A stretch of DNA of 64,000 bases from a bacterium (GTDB taxonomy: Bacteria > RBG-13-61-14 > DATKZS01): assembly GCA_963674965.2 (NCBI GenBank), contig CAXXFL010000001.1, positions 512,001 to 576,000 of the forward strand. The letters are read 5' to 3'. How positions within the stretch are numbered: the first letter of the stretch is position 1; every line of letters starts with the position of its first letter. The translations under genes were made by a program, and so were the position numbers. Under the pieces are notes generated by a model. The model saw only the letters and a list, made by a program, of their open reading frames with translations. It made no database searches and had not been told where the DNA came from. Shown here piece after piece: positions 1 through 9,178 of the stretch.

Positions 1-2
1 TC

Positions 3-2093
3 GGCCTTCCCGGGTTGCTCTTCGGGGCATCGGTCGGCTTCGCGGCCAGGTATGAAGGCGAAAAGGACAAGTTCGAGAAGTGGGGATTGGCCGCCCTTTT
101 CTTCGGGATAGGCCTGGGGCTTTTCACGGTTGGGGGCTTTATTATTCCATCTCTGGGATACCAGCGTGCCATCGCCGCGGGAGCGTCTCTTTTTCTGATC
201 GGCGGCGCGGCCATGGCGGCCATATCCGGATCGAAGGTCTTGCTGAAAGTGGCGGCGCCGGCGGCTTGCGCCGCCGCCTTAGCCGCGCTTTTCATGTTGT
301 CTCCATCCCGCTCTCTTCTTCTTTTAAACGGCGGTCCTTACCTTTACTCCTCCGCCTTCGAGGGGAGCCTGGCCGCGGGGGAGGACGTCCGGGACTCTCT
401 TTCCAATTTTTACAGAATGCGTTTCTTCCAGGCGGGCGAGGAGGGGGCCGTTTCGGTCCTCGAGTTAAGGGTCTCGGAGGAAAAGCTGCTTCGCCTTGAC
501 GGCAGGACCATATATTCCAGCAAGGCCGACGTGGCGGGCGGCCTGCTTCGGGCCCACCTTCCCATCTTGGCCCATCCCGCTCCCAAGAAGATGGCCATCA
601 TGGGTCTGGGCTCGGGAGTCACGGCGGGAGGGGCGCTCCTTTATCCGCTCGAGCGGGTGGACGTGGCCGAGCCCTCTTCCGAGATGATTTATTCCCTGGC
701 GCATTTTCTCGAGGTCTCGGGGCTGGCCTCGAAAAACGACTCGCGCTTGAGAATAATCAAGGAGGGCTTCCTCGATTACCTGGCGGGAACCGATGAAACC
801 TACGACGTCATCAGCGCCAAGGGCCCCAGCCCTTCCATCAAGGGGGCCGGCGCTTATTATGGCCTCGAGTTTTTCGAGACGGCCAGGAACAGGCTCGAGC
901 CGGGAGGCGTGTTCTTTTTCTCGGTACCCCTTTACGAGTTCGATCCCGACTCGGCCATGGCCCTTTTGCGGACCTTCGCTTCCATCTTTCCCAACTGCTC
1001 GATGTGGGAGAGTTCCCCCGGCGGAGACGAGTTTTTACTGGGCAAAGCGGACGACTCGAAAATAGACCTCGCCAACTTTCTCAGGCGCTCCTCACTGCCC
1101 CAGGTAAGGGAAGACCTGGCCAGGATTAAGGTCAAAAGCGGCGAGGACCTTTTCGCCCGTTTCGTGATGGGTCCGATCAAGATGGCCCAGGCCGGCGGGC
1201 AAGGTCCGAGAATCTCGGGCGACCGGCGGGTGCTCGAGTATCTCACGCCGCGCTACTCGGTCTCCCAGGCCGGGCTGAGGTACGGATTTGTGGTCAAGGA
1301 CGTCCTGTCCCACCACGAGAGCGCCCAGGCCGCGGCCAAGGAGACGCCCGATGAATTGAAGGAGCTTTTCGATTCCTTTGACAGGACCCGGACCCTTTAT
1401 TACTGGGCGGCCTTCCGCCTGATCGACCCGTCCCAGGGAGGCGATCAGATTGACGTCTCGATCAACTCGCTGAGGGAAGCGCTTTCCATGGGCCAGGATT
1501 ATTATCCTCGGGAGTACGTGGGCGCCATGCTGGCCGACCGACTGATCGAGAGAGCGGAGACGCGGCTGGCCTCGGGCGACGCCGCCGGGGCGGTTAAGGA
1601 CTGGAGCGAGGCCTTCGAGGCGGATCAAGAAGGGTTCCTTGCCGGCGACAGGCTCATAGCCTACCACGTGGAGACCAAGAACTGGAAAGAAGCCGACCGC
1701 TGGTCCAGGAAAAACCTCTATCGCTTTCCCAAGGACCCCCTGGCCCTGGCGACTCAAGCCCAGATACAGTTCGACGGCGCCAGATACAAGGAGGCGATCG
1801 AGCTTTACAATATGGCCGTCGAGTCAGCGCCCTTTGATCCTCTTTTCAGATGGCGCCTGGCACTGGCTTACGCCTCCATCAAGGAACTGGACAAGGCCGA
1901 GAAGGAGTTGAGAACGGTACTTCAATCGCATCCGTCCAACGTGGAGGCCTGGATACTCTTGTCCAACGTGCTAAAGGACAAGGGCGAAATCAGAGAATCG
2001 GAGAAGTACAGGAAGAAGGCCGAGAAAGAAGCCCCCGACCATCCCATGCTCAACCCGCCTCCCGCGGGCCAGGTGGAACTCGAGGAACGGTAA
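3..2093 (+). CDS. Membrane-fused spermidine-synthase-like methyltransferase-fold protein with C-terminal TPRs (5' truncated by window edge)
   Basis: Hydrophobic N-terminal helices, LRLDG motif, SAM-binding GLGSGVTAG, VDVAE, LEPGG, and TPR-like helices at the C-terminus; frame is open to the window start. Confidence 0.75.
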   Translation, partial: GLPGLLFGASVGFAARYEGEKDKFEKWGLAALFFGIGLGLFTVGGFIIPSLGYQRAIAAGASLFLIGGAAMAAISGSKVLLKVAAPAACAAALAALFMLSPSRSLLLLNGGPYLYSSAFEGSLAAGEDVRDSLSNFYRMRFFQAGEEGAVSVLELRVSEEKLLRLDGRTIYSSKADVAGGLLRAHLPILAHPAPKKMAIMGLGSGVTAGGALLYPLERVDVAEPSSEMIYSLAHFLEVSGLASKNDSRLRIIKEGFLDYLAGTDETYDVISAKGPSPSIKGAGAYYGLEFFETARNRLEPGGVFFFSVPLYEFDPDSAMALLRTFASIFPNCSMWESSPGGDEFLLGKADDSKIDLANFLRRSSLPQVREDLARIKVKSGEDLFARFVMGPIKMAQAGGQGPRISGDRRVLEYLTPRYSVSQAGLRYGFVVKDVLSHHESAQAAAKETPDELKELFDSFDRTRTLYYWAAFRLIDPSQGGDQIDVSINSLREALSMGQDYYPREYVGAMLADRLIERAETRLASGDAAGAVKDWSEAFEADQEGFLAGDRLIAYHVETKNWKEADRWSRKNLYRFPKDPLALATQAQIQFDGARYKEAIELYNMAVESAPFDPLFRWRLALAYASIKELDKAEKELRTVLQSHPSNVEAWILLSNVLKDKGEIRESEKYRKKAEKEAPDHPMLNPPPAGQVELEER

Positions 2094-2154
2094 AGATTGT
2101 CGAAAATCACGCGGCCTGGGCGCCGCCGCTAACTGAAAGAAGCGGTAAAAAAGG

Positions 2155-2445
2155 TTAAGGCGCCCGAAAGTCAGGCGAGCAACCGGATACCCACCCTGTA
2201 AGGATATCCATGAGGCTCGGCCGCCGGGAGTTCTCACAGGAGGTCACCTCGGCAGCGTGACGGTTGCCGTCAGGCAATTCCGCGTAAAGAACGCCCTGCC
2301 TGCCAGGAGAGATGCCCGCCGAGCAGAAAGCGCCTATCGAACTTTCCTGAAAGTCCGAAATCTCGACGAAAGAAGCGGAGCCGTCTTTCGAAAAGATGGC
2401 CCTCACATTGCGAGACTTGTCACTAAAATTAATTTTTTCAGCCAC
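2155..2445 (-). CDS. Small hypothetical protein, possibly a degenerate PilZ-like beta-barrel
   Basis: GTG start directly abuts the sulfatase TAA; 96 aa. Confidence 0.4.
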   Translation of the reverse strand: MAEKINFSDKSRNVRAIFSKDGSASFVEISDFQESSIGAFCSAGISPGRQGVLYAELPDGNRHAAEVTSCENSRRPSLMDILTGWVSGCSPDFRAP

Positions 2446-4401
2446 TTACATTCCTCCCCGGATTTCTTTCGTCTTCCCGGCCTTTTTTCTTTGAGGCTTT
2501 TCATCCCCAATGTAGCCCAGAGACTTCATAAGATCGTCCACTCGATCAGGCGCCGGAGCGCCGGACTTCACAATCCTTTTTTGGGCGGCGACCGCCTCCA
2601 GTTTTTCCAGATCCTCGATCATCTCGCGGAGTACCTCGGTCCTGTCGCGGGACAAGTTGCGAAGCTCTCCCGGATCGGCCGCAAGATCGTAAAGCTCGAC
2701 TCGACTCGGGTTTTCCGAGACGATCAGTTTATAACGGCCCTTGATAAGGCTCCGGGCCGATCTGTCTTTTTCGAACAGATGCCGCGTTACGGCGTAAGCG
2801 GGACGGTCCTTTTCCGAGGATGGATCAATGAAGTAAGGCCTCAAGGACTGACCTTCCACGTCCGTCACCAAGGGCAGTCCGGCGAAATCCAATAAAGTCG
2901 GCAAAACGTCGATATGCCGGACGACCTCGTTTATTTTTTCTCCTCCCGCCGCGCCGGGGGCCTGAATCATCAGGACTACCCTCAGGAGCTCGTTATATAA
3001 AGTGTTGCCATGGCCATAGGCGCCATGCTCGACGAACTCCTCTCCGTGGTCGGAGGTGACTAAAAGTATATCCAATTCCGGGTCGAAATCAAGCGATTTT
3101 TTCAACCTGGTAAACAGCCCGTATACCGAGGCGCTCGAGCAGGCTATCTCCTCGTTATACCTGGACTTTAACATCTGGTAAGTGTCTCGTCCCACGCTTG
3201 CGTCAACGTCGAACAAGGTATCGAGTTTTATAAGTTTTTTCTCGTTCCACAAGGCCGACCCGTCCGGCGCCCGACTGAATTTGTCCTTGTAAGGCGGCCT
3301 TGGCTCGTAGGGGTAATGAGGGTCGAAAAACATAACGTAAAGCAGCAACGGACCGCCCCGGTAATCCGAGGCCCATTCCATGACCATGCGCTCCAAATTG
3401 GGCGCGTACTCGGTGTCGTCGAACCCGAAGACCTCGAATCCCTGGCCGAAGCCGAACTCGGGATGAATAAACGGGCTGGCGGAAAAGGCGGCCGTGGCGT
3501 AACCCGCTTGTTTGAAAATCTCCGCCATGGTCATATTTTCCTCGGCCAGGACCAGGCTGTCCCGTCCGATCGAGCCGTGCTGAGTAGGATAAAGAGAAGT
3601 GAAAAGGGAAGCCACCGAAGGCGGGGTCCATGACGCGTGAGCAAAGCAGTTCTGAAAGACCGCCATGTTGCCGGCCATGACGGCCATCTCGGGCGATGTA
3701 TCTCGAGTATAGCCGCCCTGGCTGGTATGGTCCGGTCTCAAGGTATCGACGCTGACGATAATGATAACGGGCTTTTTCCTCTTTTTATCCACGAGCCTCG
3801 GCGCCGATATGGCCGCGACAAGCTCGGGCTCGCCCGCTTTGAGGCTGGGCCGGCTGAGGATAAACTCCGCCGGAGAATCCGGCCTCCCGCTTTTTCCCGT
3901 CGAGTCTTCAAGCCAAAAGGGACCGGCCGCCAGGCATTGGCCGGACTGGACCGGAGGTATGGAAAAAGTGTTTCCACTACCAATGCCTTTTCCTTCACCC
4001 GGGAAAGCCATTTCCAGCTCGAGCCCGGAAAGCAGGGATGAAGGTTCCCCGGAACCGCCGGCCAGGGGAACGCATATCTCGAAGGTCAGGCCCTTTTTCT
4101 CATGGGACGAAAGTTTCTGAGTAAGCTCCGAGCCGGGACCCAGAATATAGCCTTCCCTGAAAATCGGACCCATGGAGAATTTTTTATAGGGGATTCTTCT
4201 CGCCCTGGCCGATTCGCTGAAAACGGGAGGGGCCGCCGAGTCGGGCCAGGCGGCGACGTCGGCCGTAGCCGCCGAACTGAGAGGGGCGCTTGCTTTTTCG
4301 TCGGAACAGCCAACGGCGAAAGCCGTAAAGCAAAGTAAGGCTATAAGCGCGGTTCGTTTTAGCAGGGATGGTAAAATTATTTTTTCTCCGGTTCGCGCCA
4401 T
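2446..4401 (-). CDS. Sulfatase-like (alkaline phosphatase superfamily) lipoprotein
   Basis: Lipobox FAVGC; SVDTLRPDH, DPHYPY, TSDHGEEF..HG and ELYDL..DP.E motifs; C-terminal SLGYI. Confidence 0.85.
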   Translation of the reverse strand: MARTGEKIILPSLLKRTALIALLCFTAFAVGCSDEKASAPLSSAATADVAAWPDSAAPPVFSESARARRIPYKKFSMGPIFREGYILGPGSELTQKLSSHEKKGLTFEICVPLAGGSGEPSSLLSGLELEMAFPGEGKGIGSGNTFSIPPVQSGQCLAAGPFWLEDSTGKSGRPDSPAEFILSRPSLKAGEPELVAAISAPRLVDKKRKKPVIIIVSVDTLRPDHTSQGGYTRDTSPEMAVMAGNMAVFQNCFAHASWTPPSVASLFTSLYPTQHGSIGRDSLVLAEENMTMAEIFKQAGYATAAFSASPFIHPEFGFGQGFEVFGFDDTEYAPNLERMVMEWASDYRGGPLLLYVMFFDPHYPYEPRPPYKDKFSRAPDGSALWNEKKLIKLDTLFDVDASVGRDTYQMLKSRYNEEIACSSASVYGLFTRLKKSLDFDPELDILLVTSDHGEEFVEHGAYGHGNTLYNELLRVVLMIQAPGAAGGEKINEVVRHIDVLPTLLDFAGLPLVTDVEGQSLRPYFIDPSSEKDRPAYAVTRHLFEKDRSARSLIKGRYKLIVSENPSRVELYDLAADPGELRNLSRDRTEVLREMIEDLEKLEAVAAQKRIVKSGAPAPDRVDDLMKSLGYIGDEKPQRKKAGKTKEIRGGM

Positions 4402-4584
4402 AATTAATCGACCGTGATTGTCGGATGAAGTTCACGGCCCCCAGGGCACAATACCCTATTTTGGCGAAAAATTCCTTTGGAAGCAAAGGCTTTTATTTTT
4501 TTCTTCCATGGGCGGCAAGTGCCTATGCCTCGCCTTTTCCGTGCAATTTGCCCGCGCCGGTCTTTTCCAGTATCCTTTATTGAA

Positions 4585-5865
4585 ATGGATTGGTTTATTT
4601 TAAGTGAAACCGCGTTCAAGGCCGCGGTGATTTTTTATCTTATCGCCGCGGGCCTTTATCTTTTATTTTTAGCCCGCCGGAACGAGAAAGTTGGTGGGAC
4701 CGCCACCCTGGTGGCGATGGCGGCGGTAATCTTTCACACGCTGGGCCTGGCTTTCAGGTGGATTCAGGGGGGGATCGCCCATCCGCCCTTTACCAACCTT
4801 TACGAGTCCCTTTTGTTTTTTTCCTGGGGAATCGCCGTTTTCTACCTGGCCATCGAGAGGAAATACAAGTTCAAGGCGGGAGGCGCCTTTATTATTCCCG
4901 TTTCTCTTGGCGCCATCGGCGCGGCCGTGCTCAATCCCGCCGGCTCGAAAGAGATTCAAAACCTCCTGCCCGCGCTTCAATCTTACTGGTTGCACGCGCA
5001 CGTGGCGGTGGCGGCCATGGCTTACGCCGCCTTCGTGGCCAGTTTCGGGGCGTCCCTCATGTTCCTTATCAAGGACGGAGTGGACAGGAAATGGCTCGGC
5101 CATTACTCCAACCTTTTCATGGCCTTCATGCTCCTTATCTGTGACCGCTTGAATATTATAAGACACGGGGTTTTCACGCTGAACCAGGTTTCTCCCGATG
5201 GGAGCGTGACGGGACAACTGGTCGGCCTGGCCGTGCCCGGAAAGCTCCTGGCCATGGCCGTGGTTTATTTCATTATCGCGGCCGTTCTTTACGTGTGGCT
5301 GGCGAAAAAGGACGCCGAGTCCGGAAACCGTCTTTCCATCCTGGGCGTGCCCTTCGCGCCCATGGTGACGCTGATCGGCTCGGCCTCGACCGCCCTGGCC
5401 CTTTTGTTCCTGGTGAAACAGGCCCATGCCCGACCCGACCTGGCCCTGTTCGGCAACCCCTTTAAAATCATTATATTGTGCCTCGTCATCTTCATGGGGG
5501 TGGCCACATCGGTAATCGATTTGGCCCTCGAGCGAATTCAGGAAATCCTGCCGCCGGCCGAGACCCTGGACTCGATGTGCTACTCGATAATCACCATAGG
5601 TTTCCCCCTTATGACCGCCGTGATCGTCACCGGCATGGTATGGGCCAAGTACGCTTTCGGCGAATATTGGCAATGGGACCCCAAGGAAACGGCCTCCCTT
5701 ATCACCTGGATAATCTACACTGGATACCTTCACGCCAAGGTCTCGCTGAACTGGACGCCGAGAAGGACGGCCGTAATTTCCATCATCGGCTTCGCCTCGG
5801 TGGTCTTTACATATCTTGGCGTAAACGTCATCGGTCCCGGGTACCACGCCTACGCGTCTTTTTAA
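4585..5865 (+). CDS. ccsA: System II cytochrome c biogenesis protein CcsA/ResC (CcsB in deltaproteobacterial naming)
   Basis: HPPFTNLYES, LPALQSYWLHAH, WWD motif FGEYWQWDPKET, GYHAY; ATG at 4585 preferred over upstream TTG. Confidence 0.9.
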   Translation: MDWFILSETAFKAAVIFYLIAAGLYLLFLARRNEKVGGTATLVAMAAVIFHTLGLAFRWIQGGIAHPPFTNLYESLLFFSWGIAVFYLAIERKYKFKAGGAFIIPVSLGAIGAAVLNPAGSKEIQNLLPALQSYWLHAHVAVAAMAYAAFVASFGASLMFLIKDGVDRKWLGHYSNLFMAFMLLICDRLNIIRHGVFTLNQVSPDGSVTGQLVGLAVPGKLLAMAVVYFIIAAVLYVWLAKKDAESGNRLSILGVPFAPMVTLIGSASTALALLFLVKQAHARPDLALFGNPFKIIILCLVIFMGVATSVIDLALERIQEILPPAETLDSMCYSIITIGFPLMTAVIVTGMVWAKYAFGEYWQWDPKETASLITWIIYTGYLHAKVSLNWTPRRTAVISIIGFASVVFTYLGVNVIGPGYHAYASF

Positions 5866-5923
5866 AAGGCCATCAATCATCTTATTCTTTAAACTCCCTT
5901 GATCATTAACGTTATTGGCTTAT

Positions 5924-5966
5924 CCGCCTCTTAGATCGGAGATGGGAAGAGGCGGTTTTCTCTTTT
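5924..5966 (+). terminator. Intrinsic terminator after ccsA
   Basis: ccgcctctt...aagaggcgg stem followed by ttttctctttt. Confidence 0.6.
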
Positions 5967-5987
5967 GAGACTTCGTGGTTTTCACTT

Positions 5988-6016
5988 TTGAAAAATGATC
6001 GGCCTTGTGCTATTAT
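5988..6016 (+). promoter_or_regulatory. Possible sigma70 promoter in the AT-rich region upstream of the chemosensory operon
   Basis: TTGAAA-N17-TATTAT with TG extended -10; lies far from the first gene. Confidence 0.3.
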
Positions 6017-6648
6017 TCGGTTAGTATTTCGTTAGCGGTAATACGCGCGGCGCATTATGCCATATTATTCCAATTTTCTTGCCTGGCATAATAATCGTAT
6101 CGGACGCGATCGATGCGTAACTTCTACTTTGTGCTTGCATCTTGACTTTTAACCGCAAAGTTATAATTTACTTTTTTCAGGGAACAGACTTCTTGCTTCA
6201 ATACGGATGAATCGAAGCGAGATGTGACCGTTTTATTTATAATCAGGTAGAAATCGATTCTGGGCCGTCCAGTGAACACTGGATATTGATAGGTCCGGCC
6301 ATATCGTAATTATTTTCTGGCTCGGAATCGAACCGATGGAAGGGGAAGGAGTTTGAATTGGCGTTGAATTTATTGCCAAAAGGAATATGAATTGCATGTT
6401 ATCGTTCAAGATAAGAAAAAAAATGGTCTTGGGAATAGCGAAAGTGGCGATAGCTGTCTTTGTAAATGAGGTTATTTAAAGATATAAGTAACCGAAGTTA
6501 ATAAAATTTTATCCTTACTATTTACGAGGATTCTTTGAGTTTGCCCATAAGCAAGGATGCAATTTGCATTCAGGATTGAAAGCGAAATGCAATTATTGAG
6601 GTATTTTGATAATTGGCCGCTTACGCGCCGCGCCTGGGGATACCGCAA

Positions 6649-7143
6649 ATGGTAGACTGGACCAAAGGCGTGGAACAGGCCTCTCCGGCCGCGAGCCAGT
6701 ATCTGGTGATCGGCCAGGGGGAGAGGTATGTAGGGGTGGCCATCGACAACATTGTCGAGATAATCCGTATGGTTGCGCTTAGCTCGATCCCGGAGTCCTC
6801 GGATAAAGTGGCGGGCGTGGTCAACTACCGGGGAGATATCATACCCATTATCGACCTGTGGAGTCTCCTTGGAATCGCGACCCCTCCCGTGACCCCGGAC
6901 ATGGGGATAGTGATACTCTCCAAGGACGACGAGCAATTCGGACTGATGGCGGAAAACGTGCTCGACGTCAGGTCCCTCGAGGTTAAGCCAAGGCCGGACG
7001 AACTAAAGGACGACGTGGTATGGCCCATCGTCTCGGGGGTTTCCTATCTCGATGACGAGAAGGGCCTTTTACTCGTGCTCAACGCCGAGAGATTGAAGCG
7101 GCAGCAGGCGAGCGTCGCTCAAAGCCTGAGGCCGGCGGAATGA
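6649..7143 (+). CDS. cheW: CheW adaptor (WspB-like)
   Basis: VGVAIDNIVEII, GVVNYRGDIIPIIDL motif; start at ATG 6649 or TTG 6613. Confidence 0.88.
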   Translation: MVDWTKGVEQASPAASQYLVIGQGERYVGVAIDNIVEIIRMVALSSIPESSDKVAGVVNYRGDIIPIIDLWSLLGIATPPVTPDMGIVILSKDDEQFGLMAENVLDVRSLEVKPRPDELKDDVVWPIVSGVSYLDDEKGLLLVLNAERLKRQQASVAQSLRPAE

Positions 7144-8600
7144 CGATCGCGGCCATGTCCATGGAATTCGACGCCGATCTCCTGAACGGGGCGCTCGAGA
7201 CCATCGAGCGTTCCTATGGGCTTGAATTCCCCGCCTATAAAAGGGAGGAGGTCAAGTACAAGCTCAAGCTGGCCCAGATGGAATCGAGCCATCCCACCAT
7301 GCCGTCCTTTCTCGAGGCGGTCCGCGGCGGGACCCTGTCAAGGAAAGACCTGGACGCCCTGCTTAAAAACGTCACCGTGGGCGAGAGCTACTTCTTCAGG
7401 CACGACGAACAACTCGACGACGTGGCCGACCTGGTCGTTCCCGACGTAAGCTCGTCCCTTCCCGCCAGGAACGAGACGCTGAAAATCTGGTGCGCCGGGT
7501 GCGCCACCGGGGAGGAACCCTACTCCCTGGCCATCAAGCTGGAACAGAGGGCCTACGCCATCAACCGCCCTTACGAGATAGTCGGCACCGACCTCAACCC
7601 CATGGCCATCGAGAAAGCCATAAAAGGGACCTACGAGGCCTGGTCCATGCGCGACCTCGATCCGGACGTCATCAACGGATTCTTCGCCAGAAAAAACGGA
7701 AAATACGCGCTCAAAAGAAAAATCCGGAACATGGCAAGGTTCGAGAGACAAAACCTGGCGGGCATAATGACCTCTTCCCCCTTTGGGCACGGACCATTCA
7801 CCCATCTCATCCTTTGCCGCAACGTGATCTATTATTTCTCCCCCTCCCACGCGGAGAGGGCGGTACAGCGCTTTTACGAGTGCCTCGCCCCGGGCGGATA
7901 CCTGGTACTCAGCCCCAGCGAGTCGCTTCTCGAGTTCGAGCATCCCTTTCAGACCCTCAACCTTCCCCACGCCGCGGTCTATAGAAAAATGACCGACGCC
8001 GAGGAAAGAGAGGCGGCAAAAGAAGCGCTTGGCCGGGGCCGGAAGCCGGGCCGGAACGGGCCGCGAGCGAGGAGACGGCCACTTCACGCCGTCTATAAAA
8101 GGAAAGGACCCGACGAGCTCGAGCCTTCCCTGGCCATAAGCAGGGCCATGTGTTTTTACGACGGCGGGCAATGGAACCAGGCCCTCAAGGAACTCGAGCC
8201 CCTGGCCGGGAACCTGGACGCGGACCTGGCCCGGCTGGAAATCCTTCAGTCCCTTCACAACTCGGCCCTTCTGGACAACCATTGCGAATGGATGATAAAG
8301 AACCACCCGAGCCACGTCTCGGGCTATTACTGCCGGGCCCTCCTGGCCGCCGATGACGGCGACCTCAAGGAGGCCCTGTCCTGGCTGGGCAAGGTCATGT
8401 ACCTGGACTCCGACTTCGTTCCCGGCCACCTGCAACTGGCCGCGGTGTACGGGGCCATGGGGAAGCAGGAGGAGGCGGGTCGGGCGTGGCGAAGCGCCAA
8501 GACCATTCTTTCCCGCCTCTCCGGCGAGGTGCGGATACCCTTTACCAGGGGCGAGACGGCCGGGGACCTGCTCCGGCTTATAAGCTCGAGGGAGGATTAG
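7140..8600 (+). CDS. cheR: CheR methyltransferase with C-terminal TPR (WspC-like)
   Basis: ESYFFR, WCAGCATGEEPYS, GTDLN, LILCRNVIYYF; TPR-like C-terminus; ATGA overlap with cheW. Confidence 0.92.
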   Translation: MTIAAMSMEFDADLLNGALETIERSYGLEFPAYKREEVKYKLKLAQMESSHPTMPSFLEAVRGGTLSRKDLDALLKNVTVGESYFFRHDEQLDDVADLVVPDVSSSLPARNETLKIWCAGCATGEEPYSLAIKLEQRAYAINRPYEIVGTDLNPMAIEKAIKGTYEAWSMRDLDPDVINGFFARKNGKYALKRKIRNMARFERQNLAGIMTSSPFGHGPFTHLILCRNVIYYFSPSHAERAVQRFYECLAPGGYLVLSPSESLLEFEHPFQTLNLPHAAVYRKMTDAEEREAAKEALGRGRKPGRNGPRARRRPLHAVYKRKGPDELEPSLAISRAMCFYDGGQWNQALKELEPLAGNLDADLARLEILQSLHNSALLDNHCEWMIKNHPSHVSGYYCRALLAADDGDLKEALSWLGKVMYLDSDFVPGHLQLAAVYGAMGKQEEAGRAWRSAKTILSRLSGEVRIPFTRGETAGDLLRLISSRED

Positions 8601-8603
8601 CGA

Positions 8604-9155
8604 GTGACGTCGGAGGAGTTCCTGAAAATACGTCTGGCCGACCCGGCCGACGAGGAGGTCCTGAAACGGAGGGCCGAGCAGCTCGCCAGGTCCTCCCGCG
8701 TGGAGGAGGAAAGGCAAGAGGGCGTTCACGCCCTGGTGCTCTCCGTGGGGGGCGAGAGATACGCCGTCGAGCTTCCCTATATATGGGAGGTCCTTCCCGC
8801 GGCCGAGTCCACGCCAGTTCCGGGAGTTTCCGACATGGTGAGGGGCGTAATAAAGTTCAGGGGAGAAGTGGTCCCCCTTTACGACCTCCTGGGCATAGTG
8901 ACGGGAAGGCCCCAGGAAAAAGAGCCCAAGGGCTCCCACGTGGTGTTCGGACTTGGCCAGATAGACTTCGCCGCGGCGGTGGACGGCCTCGAGCCGCCGG
9001 TAAGGATCAACCCCGAGACCCTGCGGGACTCGGTGAGCAGCCCCGGCGACAGAGGCTATTCCTACGTCCAGGGTTTCACCGAGGACGGTGTGGTGGTCCT
9101 TAACATGAAGGCCATTTTAAACGACGAGTCTCTAATCGTGGACGACGAGACATAG
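8604..9155 (+). CDS. cheW: Second CheW adaptor (WspD-like)
   Basis: [12 protein letters not shown]-terminal helix, [24 protein letters not shown]. Confidence 0.88.
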   Translation: MTSEEFLKIRLADPADEEVLKRRAEQLARSSRVEEERQEGVHALVLSVGGERYAVELPYIWEVLPAAESTPVPGVSDMVRGVIKFRGEVVPLYDLLGIVTGRPQEKEPKGSHVVFGLGQIDFAAAVDGLEPPVRINPETLRDSVSSPGDRGYSYVQGFTEDGVVVLNMKAILNDESLIVDDET

Positions 9156-9178
9156 GACGTCCGGCAAGGAGAGGTAAT

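Noticed and set aside
6140-6200. CGCAAAG as a possible c-di-GMP-I riboswitch
   Set aside because: No preceding GGCAAA/GNRA P2 stem or P3 could be built
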